Assembly: GCA_022780965.1 (NCBI GenBank)
Contig: JALEUQ010000040.1
Coordinates: 15,929-79,928, forward strand
Source: Clostridiales bacterium
GTDB taxonomy: Bacteria > Bacillota > Clostridia > Peptostreptococcales > Anaerovoracaceae
Reading direction: 5' to 3'
Length of the DNA stretch: 64,000 nt
In this document: in pieces, positions 57,356 through 64,000 of the stretch
How the letters are laid out: each line of letters opens with the position of its first letter
How positions within the stretch are numbered: position 1 is the first letter of the stretch
Translations under genes and position numbers: made by a program
The notes under the pieces: generated by a model
What the model saw: only the letters and a program-made list of their open reading frames with translations
Told to the model about the DNA's origin: nothing
Databases searched by the model: none

Positions 57356-58462
57356 TCAAATTTCTATTTCTATTTCGCCGTTTTTTATGTTGTAAATTTT
57401 ACCTTCGGGTACGCTTCTGGCCACCTTGACTACAATATCTGTAGTCGTAATGAACATCTGATTCTCACCAAGAGAATTTATCAGGTAAGTCTGCCTGTCA
57501 TTATCCAGCTCAGAAAGCACATCATCAAGCAGAAGAATAGGCTTCTCACCGGTTTCTTCTTCTATTATTTTGATTTCTGACAGTTTCAGAGACAGAGCTG
57601 CTGTTCTCTGCTGTCCCTGAGAACCGAACTTCCTCAAATCTATTCCGTCAGCAGATATCTTCATGTCATCTCTGTGAGGTCCTCTGGAAGTGTTTCTGTT
57701 GCTAATATCACTTTCTCTGGAATCGGCAAGAGCTTGAAGATATATTTTTTCAGCTTCATCATAACCGGCTTCTTCCGGAATTTCTATGTTAGTCTCGTAC
57801 CTAAGCTCCAGATGTTCTTTGCCGCCTGAAATCTTCTCGTGTATTTCTCGTGATATTTTATCTATTTTGCTGACAAATTCTCTACGCTTCTTGAGAATTC
57901 TGACACCGTATTTAGCCAGCTCGCTGTCAAATATCTCAAGCATTATCATGTCAGTTTCTTTCTCTTTGAGGAGAGTATTTCTCTGAATCAGCGCCTTCTT
58001 GTAATTGTTCAGATCATTGTAATATCCCGGTTTAATGAGGCACAGCTCTCTGTCAATGAACCTGCGTCTTTTTTCCGGATCTTCTTTCACAATTTTGAGA
58101 TCATCAGGTGAGAACACTACTATGAAAATTCTGTCCAGCATCTCAGATGTTTTATGTGCCTTAATGCCGTTTAGTTTTACTGATTTTCGGCCGTCTGAAG
58201 TTATTACTATTTCAGTCTCTTCTTCATCGTCTTCTGTAACAATCACAGATTTAATGCGGCAGTATTCCTGTCCGAATCTTATTATATCCTTGTCTCTGGT
58301 ATTCTTGAAAGATTTAGCCATGGCGTTCATGTATATGCTTTCAAGAAGATTGGTCTTGCCCTGTGCATTGTTCCCCAGAAAAATGTTGACCCGGCTGCTG
58401 AATTCCACGTATATTTCTTTGTAATTTCTATAGTCTTTTAATTCTATGCTTTTGATGTACAT
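57356..58462 (-). CDS. recF: DNA replication/repair protein RecF
   Basis: 368 aa. Walker A GNNAQGKT, signature SQGQQRT, Walker B ILLLDDV. Confidence 0.96.
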   Translation of the reverse strand: MYIKSIELKDYRNYKEIYVEFSSRVNIFLGNNAQGKTNLLESIYMNAMAKSFKNTRDKDIIRFGQEYCRIKSVIVTEDDEEETEIVITSDGRKSVKLNGIKAHKTSEMLDRIFIVVFSPDDLKIVKEDPEKRRRFIDRELCLIKPGYYNDLNNYKKALIQRNTLLKEKETDMIMLEIFDSELAKYGVRILKKRREFVSKIDKISREIHEKISGGKEHLELRYETNIEIPEEAGYDEAEKIYLQALADSRESDISNRNTSRGPHRDDMKISADGIDLRKFGSQGQQRTAALSLKLSEIKIIEEETGEKPILLLDDVLSELDNDRQTYLINSLGENQMFITTTDIVVKVARSVPEGKIYNIKNGEIEIEI

Positions 58463-58463
58463 A

Positions 58464-59576
58464 TTAGATGTTTGGAATTCTTACAGGGAGAACAAGATAC
58501 TCGAATTCTCTTCCTTCAACAGGGGAAATAACGCATGGTGAAATGCTGTTCTTGAAGTTCATCATGATTTCTTCGTCATCGATAGCCTTGAGAACGTCAA
58601 TCACATACTTTGAGTTGAATCCAATATCAAGATCATCGCCTTCTTTATCTATTCCAATTTCTTCTTTGACGTTACCTTCTTCAGATCTGGAAGTAATGGT
58701 TATCATGCTGTCTCTTATTGAAAATTTAATCAGGTTATTTTTGCCTTCTTTGGCCAGAAGAGAAGCTCTCTCTATGCTTTCAAGAAGCAGAGATCTGCTT
58801 ATTACTACTTTTATCTGACTGTCTTTAGGAATGATGTCTCTGTATCTAATGAATTCGCCTTCCATTATTCTGAGTATTATTTCTGTACTTCCCACGTTTA
58901 CAACTGCGCTCTTGTCGCCCAGTGAAATTCTTACTGTAGCTGCTTCTATTTCGTCGGAAGTTATTTTGCTCAGTTCATTCATTATCTTGGCTGCAACTAT
59001 GAAACTTCTTGATTCTTCATTTATCATTTCCTTGCTTGTATGTGCAAGTCTGAATCCGTCAAGAGCAACCATCTCTATTGTGTCAGGTGTAAGTTCTGTA
59101 AGAATGCCTACAAGTGTTCCCTTGGCTTCTTCCATGCTTGCTGCAAATGATGTCTTCCTTATCATTTCACGGAACATGTTAGCTTCTATGCGTACTACGG
59201 CTTTGTCTTCTATGCTGTCACCTATTTTAGGAAACTGATCTACAGGCATGGTTACTACAGAGAAATCTGAAGATGATGTGCTCATGTTAAGGATTCCTGC
59301 CGCTGTATCTTCTATTACTATTTCTTCATTCGGAAGTTTCCTTACTATGTCTCCGAATAATTTTGAAGGTACTACAGCTGAACCCTCTTCTTCAATTTCC
59401 GCCGGCATTTCTCTTATGATTGATATATCCAGATCTGATGCTGTTAATGTAAGTTTATTATCTTTTGCCTGAATCAGAATTCCTCTTAGCACCGGTATTG
59501 TGGTCTTATTTGAAACAGCTTTTGATACTGTATTGAGAGCTCTTGTTAATGTTAACTGACTGCATGTGAATTTCAT
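58464..59576 (-). CDS. dnaN: DNA polymerase III beta sliding clamp
   Basis: 370 aa with a three-domain clamp pattern. GGAGGG RBS. Confidence 0.96.
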   Translation of the reverse strand: MKFTCSQLTLTRALNTVSKAVSNKTTIPVLRGILIQAKDNKLTLTASDLDISIIREMPAEIEEEGSAVVPSKLFGDIVRKLPNEEIVIEDTAAGILNMSTSSSDFSVVTMPVDQFPKIGDSIEDKAVVRIEANMFREMIRKTSFAASMEEAKGTLVGILTELTPDTIEMVALDGFRLAHTSKEMINEESRSFIVAAKIMNELSKITSDEIEAATVRISLGDKSAVVNVGSTEIILRIMEGEFIRYRDIIPKDSQIKVVISRSLLLESIERASLLAKEGKNNLIKFSIRDSMITITSRSEEGNVKEEIGIDKEGDDLDIGFNSKYVIDVLKAIDDEEIMMNFKNSISPCVISPVEGREFEYLVLPVRIPNI

Positions 59577-59610
59577 TTCTTTCCCTCCTGAATTTCGAAG
59601 AAAATGCTTA

Positions 59611-59757
59611 TTATTATTATATTATATATATAGTAATAGTTATAGTAGGGCCTGTGGATATTGTTGATAAATCATAAAATGGTTGAAATATTAACAATAT
59701 TTATCCACATTTTCTGTGGATAAGTTTGTGGATAACCTGTGAATATAATGTGGATTA
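59611..59757. other. oriC segment in the dnaA-dnaN spacer: AT-rich DUE, DnaA-trio array, GC cluster and six DnaA boxes
   Basis: AT run at 59611-59630. TAG TAA TAG TTA TAG TAG at 59631-59648. GGCC at 59649-59652. Boxes: TGTGGATAT 59653-61, TTATCCACA 59701-09, TGTGGATAA 59715-23 and 59727-35, TGTGAATAT 59738-46, TGTGGATTA 59749-57. Confidence 0.78.
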
Positions 59758-59758
59758 A

Positions 59759-61162
59759 TCAATATATGTCATTTTTAAGGTTTTTAATATCCTGTGCAAA
59801 CAGTGGATTATCTTTTATTTCTTTTTCGATCTTATCTATTGCGTGCATAACGGTTGTATGGTCTCGTCCGCCGAAATATTTTCCTATCTGAGGAAGTGAC
59901 AGATTTGTCATTTCTCTGCACAGATACATTGCAACCTGTCTTGGGAATGCATACTCACGTTTTCTCTTAGATGATTCGATATCTGATATTTTGATGCTCC
60001 AGTGTTTGCATACGGCACGTTTGATTGTTTCACAGGATATGTCGTAATCCTCAGCTTTAAAAATGTCGCTGAGTGTTGAAGTCGCGAATTTGGCCGTTAT
60101 CTTTTTGTTAAATAGTGTCGAATAGCTGATTATCCTTGTAAGCGCGCTCTCCAGTTCTCTGACATTGAATTTAACTTTCTCTGCTATGAGATTGATTACT
60201 TCAAGCATGTCGTTATCTATCTCGATGTTTTCCTGTTCAGCTTTGTTTATAAGGATGGCAACTCTTGTCTCGAAGTCCGGCGGCTGAATATCAGCAACAA
60301 TATTCCACTGGAATCTTGATCTCAATCTATCATCAAGTTCTGTCAGCTTGCTTGGATGACGGTCACTTGAAATAACTATCTGTTTGCCGTTTTCGTGGAG
60401 ACTTTCGAATGTGTGGAAGAACTCCTGCTGCGTTGATTGTTTACCTTCCAGGAACTGAATATCGTCTATGAGCAAAACATCCACGTTCCTGTATTTAGCT
60501 GTGAAGGAATGCATTCTTCTGTCTTTGTTTCTTGTATCCTGAAGAGCTTTGATAAGTTCGGTTGTAAACATTTCTGAAGAAACGTACAGTACTTTCATTT
60601 CCGGGCTGTTTTCCAGAATATAATGTCCTATTGCATGCATCAGATGAGTTTTACCAAGTCCAGATCCGCCATGGATGAACAGCGGATTGTAAAGTTTGGC
60701 AGGAGACTGTGCCACTGCCAGTGCTACTGCATGTGCATATTCATTATTGGGGCCGACGATGAAATTATCGAAGTTGTACTTAGGATTGGCATAATATTCT
60801 TCTCTGAATTCATTGTTTTCAGGGGAAGGTGATGCCATTCTTGGAGAAGCAGATTCAGGCTTTCTTTCTTCTGTTTTTCCCAGATTTTCTTTAATTTCGT
60901 CGCTGCTCATCAGTGTAGCAACTACTTTATATTTTTTCTTAAGTACAATTTCGGCACTTTCTTCGAACACCGGAATATATCTCATATTCAGCACCTGTAT
61001 TACTCTGTCAACAGTCGATGCAAAATAAAGAACCCCAGCTTCTTCATCAATGCTAAGAGGGGTTAGTGTTTTGAACCAGGCGTTGTAACTTGGACCTGTA
61101 ACTCTGGTGCTTATTTCTGACAGAATGTCTTTCCAAATTTTATTACTAATTTTTTTCTTCAT
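59759..61162 (-). CDS. dnaA: Chromosomal replication initiator protein DnaA
   Basis: AAA+ (GGSGLGKTHL) and C-terminal DnaA signature (AFPRQVAMYL...GGRDHTTV). ATG at 61162 chosen (MKKKISNKIW...). The longer ORF extends across a DnaA box. Confidence 0.97.
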   Translation of the reverse strand: MKKKISNKIWKDILSEISTRVTGPSYNAWFKTLTPLSIDEEAGVLYFASTVDRVIQVLNMRYIPVFEESAEIVLKKKYKVVATLMSSDEIKENLGKTEERKPESASPRMASPSPENNEFREEYYANPKYNFDNFIVGPNNEYAHAVALAVAQSPAKLYNPLFIHGGSGLGKTHLMHAIGHYILENSPEMKVLYVSSEMFTTELIKALQDTRNKDRRMHSFTAKYRNVDVLLIDDIQFLEGKQSTQQEFFHTFESLHENGKQIVISSDRHPSKLTELDDRLRSRFQWNIVADIQPPDFETRVAILINKAEQENIEIDNDMLEVINLIAEKVKFNVRELESALTRIISYSTLFNKKITAKFATSTLSDIFKAEDYDISCETIKRAVCKHWSIKISDIESSKRKREYAFPRQVAMYLCREMTNLSLPQIGKYFGGRDHTTVMHAIDKIEKEIKDNPLFAQDIKNLKNDIY

Positions 61163-61205
61163 TTTCAGTTCCTTGTTTGTGATGTTAATATAATAGCAGA
61201 AAAAG

Positions 61206-61350
61206 TTATCCACAGGCAATATGTTAATGATTTTTATTTATTTTGTAATGGTTAGATCATTTATACACTAATTGTGGATAAAGTTATACACATTTTCCAC
61301 AGGAACAACTATATGTAGAAACCCCATATTATTATTATTATTTAGAGCAT
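61206..61350. other. oriC segment upstream of dnaA: DnaA-box cluster plus AT-rich tract
   Basis: TTATCCACA 61206-14, TTATACACT 61261-69, TGTGGATAA 61273-81, TTATACACA 61284-92, TTTTCCACA 61293-301. (TTA)n-rich tract at 61326-61345. Confidence 0.65.
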
Positions 61351-61390
61351 TTTATTTGCGGTTTCGGCATCCTTTGAGGGTCAAAATTAA

Positions 61391-61419
61391 TTGACACGTA
61401 AAATTTGACAAAGTATAAT
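61391..61419 (+). promoter_or_regulatory. Consensus sigma-A promoter of rpmH-rnpA
   Basis: TTGACA (61391-61396), 17-nt spacer, TATAAT (61414-61419). Confidence 0.6.
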
Positions 61420-61488
61420 AATTAAGCGTATGTATGCGTATTGGAATTTAGATACGCATTTAATTTTTTAGTGAAGGAGGTAATCAAA

Positions 61489-61623
61489 TTGAAACAGACA
61501 TATCAGCCTAAGACTAGACAGAGAAAAAAGGAACACGGCTTCAGAAAGAGAATGTCAACTAAGAACGGTAGAAACGTATTAAAGAGAAGAAGAAGAAGAG
61601 GAAGAAAAGTTTTATCAGCATAG
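61489..61623 (+). CDS. rpmH: 50S ribosomal protein L34
   Basis: 44 aa (M)[21 protein letters not shown]... TTG start at 61489 lies 8 nt after GAAGGAGG. Confidence 0.95.
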   Translation: MKQTYQPKTRQRKKEHGFRKRMSTKNGRNVLKRRRRRGRKVLSA

Positions 61624-61651
61624 TTAAGCTTGAGAAGACTTATTATCGACC

Positions 61652-61987
61652 ATGCTAAAAAAAGATATACTAAGAAACAAGGAAGATTTTTCTTCTATAT
61701 ATAAAAGAGGAAAATCTGTGGGAGAAAGGTATATAGTTCTCTTTTACAAGAAGAATAATCTTGGTTATAAGAGAATTGCGTTTTTAGCAAGTAAAAAAGT
61801 AGGAAACAGTGTTCAGAGAAACAGAGCCAGAAGGCTAATGAAGGAAAACTACCGATTCCTGAAGGATTCAATAACTGATGGCTACGATCTGATTTTCATA
61901 GCGAGGAATACTATCAATGGAATGAAGATGCCTGAAGTTGGTAAATCCATGAGAAACGCTGTTAAAAGAGCTAAACTGTTAAAATAG
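61652..61987 (+). CDS. rnpA: Ribonuclease P protein component
   Basis: 111 aa, basic, with the RNR-type motif ([16 protein letters not shown]). Confidence 0.93.
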   Translation: MLKKDILRNKEDFSSIYKRGKSVGERYIVLFYKKNNLGYKRIAFLASKKVGNSVQRNRARRLMKENYRFLKDSITDGYDLIFIARNTINGMKMPEVGKSMRNAVKRAKLLK

Positions 61988-62016
61988 CAGTTTATTTGTT
62001 ACGTAAGGATAAGGAA

Positions 62017-62226
62017 ATGAAACGTTTATGCATATTACTTATTAGAGGGTATCAGATGTTTATTTCGCCTTTATTTCCTAGGACCTGCCGTTTTTATCCT
62101 ACTTGTTCAGCTTATTTTATCCAGGCTTTAGAAAAGTATGGATTTTTTAAAGGAAGTTATCTGGGGATTAGGAGATTAATGAAATGTCATCCTTTTAATC
62201 CGGGAGGATACGATCCTTTAAAGTAG
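62017..62226 (+). CDS. yidD: Membrane protein insertion efficiency factor YidD
   Basis: 69 aa. [18 protein letters not shown] motif. ATG at 62017 follows an AAGGAA RBS. Confidence 0.9.
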   Translation: MKRLCILLIRGYQMFISPLFPRTCRFYPTCSAYFIQALEKYGFFKGSYLGIRRLMKCHPFNPGGYDPLK

Positions 62227-62240
62227 GAGGAAATTTATTA

Positions 62241-62984
62241 ATGTACACATTACTGACAGTAATTGCCAAACCTTTACTGTGGATACTTGAGCTTTTATAT
62301 GGTCTCATCGGCAACTACGGCATCGCAATTATCGTCTTAACATTAATAGTAAAGCTTTGTCTTTATCCTCTGTATATCAAGCAGACTAAATCAATGGCCA
62401 AGATGTCAACTGTACAGCCAAAGATGCAGGCACTGCAGAACAGATATGCTAATGATAAGGAAATGTTGAATGTTAAGATGGCTGAACTGTACAAGGAAGA
62501 AGGCTTCAACCCAATGAGCGGCTGTCTTCCTATGATTATTCAGATGCCTATTATCATGGGTCTTTTCGCGCTGCTCAGAAACCCTCTCATGTATATGGAT
62601 GAAGAAAGTTCCAGCATGATTTTCGCATTCCATGAGAAGTTCCTGTGGATTGATGACCTTAGTCAGCCGGATAAGTGGATACTCCCAATTATCGCCGGTG
62701 TTGCCACGTTCATTGCTTTCACAATGAACAGACTGCTTCAGGATAATGGTGGTGCAGACGCACAGGCTCAGCAGATGAACAGCATGATGAAAATGATGCA
62801 GTACATCTTCCCTCTGATGATTCTGTGGCTTGCCAGAACTTATCCGTCAGGTCTGTCTGTATACTGGGCAGTAAGCCAGATTATTCAGATTGGTTTCAAT
62901 ATTCACCTGACTACTATTAGAAAGAAGATAAGAAAAGAAGCTGAGATCCAGGAATTAAAGGAAAAATTAAGTAAGAAAAAATAA
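62241..62984 (+). CDS. yidC: YidC/Oxa1-family membrane protein insertase
   Basis: 247 aa with the short Gram-positive type layout (PLYIKQTKSM, GCLPMIIQMPI). Confidence 0.93.
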   Translation: MYTLLTVIAKPLLWILELLYGLIGNYGIAIIVLTLIVKLCLYPLYIKQTKSMAKMSTVQPKMQALQNRYANDKEMLNVKMAELYKEEGFNPMSGCLPMIIQMPIIMGLFALLRNPLMYMDEESSSMIFAFHEKFLWIDDLSQPDKWILPIIAGVATFIAFTMNRLLQDNGGADAQAQQMNSMMKMMQYIFPLMILWLARTYPSGLSVYWAVSQIIQIGFNIHLTTIRKKIRKEAEIQELKEKLSKKK

Positions 62985-63016
62985 GAATTGAATCTCGATT
63001 ACTTTTGGAGGAAATA

Positions 63017-63850
63017 ATGAATTATTCAGAGAAATATGGGTCTAACGTTGAAGAAGCTGTCAAGTATGCGCTTCAGGACTTAAGACTCTCCAGAGATGAG
63101 GTTGAGGTTGAGGTTCTTGAGGAGCCTTCTAAAGGCTTCCTTGGTTTGGGTTCAAAGCTTGCGAAAGTTCGTGTAACTCCTAAACAGGTTGAAGAAGTAA
63201 AAGAGGAACCTGTTGTAGAAGAAGCAGTGTCAGATATTGCTGCACCAATTGAGGCTAAAGTAGAAAAGAAAGATAAAAAGCCTCACAATAAAGAAAATAG
63301 GAATAAAAACAAGAATCAGAACAAACACAAGAACAAACATCATAAAGAGGAAGAGCCAAGCACTCTTAATCTTGATACAGTAAATGTGGATGAACTCACA
63401 GAGGTTGATGAGAACGAAGCTCTGGCATTCATGAAAGATATTACTGAGAAGATGGGACTTAATCTTGATATTAAAGCTAGAGTCGGTGAAGGAATGATTC
63501 ATCTTGATATAGCAGGTAAAGATTCCGGTACTGTAATTGGCAAGAGGGGAGCTACTCTTGATGCTATTCAGTATCTGACAAGTCTTGTTGTCAATAAGGA
63601 TAATGAGAATTACATCAAGGTTGTCGTTGATGCAGAAAACTACAGAAGCAAGAGACAGAGAACTCTTGAGGCATTGGCAAACAGACTTGCTGCCAAAGTT
63701 CAGAAGAACAGAAAGCCAGTAAAACTTGAACCTATGAACCCATATGAAAGAAAAATCATTCATGCGACTTTACAGCATAACCCACATGTTACAACCAGAA
63801 GTGAAGGTGAAGAACCTTACAGAAAGGTAGTAATTGAACTTAAGAAATAA
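63017..63850 (+). CDS. jag: Jag/KhpB RNA-binding protein (Jag_N, KH, R3H) with Lys/Asn-rich linker
   Basis: KH segment (GKDSGTVIGKRGATLDAIQYL) and R3H segment (LEPMNPYERKIIHATL). GGAGG RBS. Confidence 0.9.
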   Translation: MNYSEKYGSNVEEAVKYALQDLRLSRDEVEVEVLEEPSKGFLGLGSKLAKVRVTPKQVEEVKEEPVVEEAVSDIAAPIEAKVEKKDKKPHNKENRNKNKNQNKHKNKHHKEEEPSTLNLDTVNVDELTEVDENEALAFMKDITEKMGLNLDIKARVGEGMIHLDIAGKDSGTVIGKRGATLDAIQYLTSLVVNKDNENYIKVVVDAENYRSKRQRTLEALANRLAAKVQKNRKPVKLEPMNPYERKIIHATLQHNPHVTTRSEGEEPYRKVVIELKK

Positions 63851-63856
63851 CAATAC

Positions 63857-63886
63857 GGTCCGCGAATGCGGACCTTTGTTTTTTAA
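63857..63886 (+). terminator. Rho-independent terminator after jag
   Basis: Stem GGTCCGC (63857-63863) / GCGGACC (63868-63874) followed by TTTGTTTTTT. Confidence 0.75.
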
Positions 63887-63898
63887 AAGGAAATGATT

Positions 63899-64000
63899 AT
63901 GGAAGATACAATTGCAGCTATCGCAACGGCATATGGCGAAGGCGGAATCGGAATAATAAGAATCAGCGGCAGTGAATCACTGTCTATTTTGAATAAGATT
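63899..64000 (+). CDS. mnmE: tRNA modification GTPase MnmE (5' fragment; continues beyond window)
   Basis: Translates to [34 protein letters not shown], the conserved MnmE N-terminus. Not in the ORF track because it is truncated. Confidence 0.85.
   Translation, partial: MEDTIAAIATAYGEGGIGIIRISGSESLSILNKI

Noticed and set aside
61441-61488. A 16-codon upstream extension of rpmH (ORF-track start at 61441).
   Set aside because: The extension begins inside the 5' UTR and precedes the GAAGGAGG RBS. L34 conventionally starts at MKQTYQP, so the TTG at 61489 was used.

Overview
This is an origin-proximal chromosomal segment of a moderate-GC Firmicute. Gene content and order look Clostridia-like, but that taxonomic call is inference only.

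**Origin (right end).** rpmH-rnpA-yidD-yidC-jag-mnmE run on the + strand and diverge from dnaA-dnaN-recF-gyrB-gyrA on the - strand. DnaA-box clusters sit on both sides of dnaA. The dnaA-dnaN spacer carries a DnaA-trio / GC-cluster / AT-rich unwinding module.

**Middle (- strand, co-directional with replication).**
- trpS, larC, a flavodoxin-like oxidoreductase, plsC and a sugar nucleotidyltransferase.
- The conserved rpsF-ssb-rpsR and yybS-gdpP-rplI-dnaB blocks.
- A DnaD-domain protein and a 1019-aa M23 peptidase.
- ftsB-like, rnmV, rsmA, an LTA-synthase-family protein, a GNAT, ybaK, and a four-subunit 2-oxoacid:ferredoxin oxidoreductase.

**Left third (metabolic, mixed orientation).**
- ilvD, an M16 peptidase, a degenerate GGDEF protein, a flavin reductase and sortase B.
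- nadA divergent from nadB-nadC-niaR, and iorAB divergent from paaK.
- apt plus a purine permease, and an SLC13 transporter plus a LysR regulator.

I saw no rRNA, tRNA, CRISPR array, transposase or integrase.

**Most unusual locus.** A + strand operon at 29.6-35.8 kb runs head-on to replication. It encodes:
- a transglutaminase-core lipoprotein;
- a GspF/PilC platform protein;
- four small pilin-like proteins with non-canonical signal regions;
- a PilT-family ATPase as the only motor;
- an adjacent SARP-type regulator fused to a degenerate GGDEF-like domain.

No PilB/GspE-type ATPase and no prepilin peptidase is present in the window.

**Other notable points.**
- The DnaD-like protein carries a DnaI/DnaC-type N-terminal zinc-ribbon module but no AAA+ domain.
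- Twin consensus nad promoters each hold the same 10-mer in their spacer.
- A conserved GGCCTATAGGCC-containing intergenic motif occurs three times.

All product calls come from reading motifs in the supplied translations. No database search was run.
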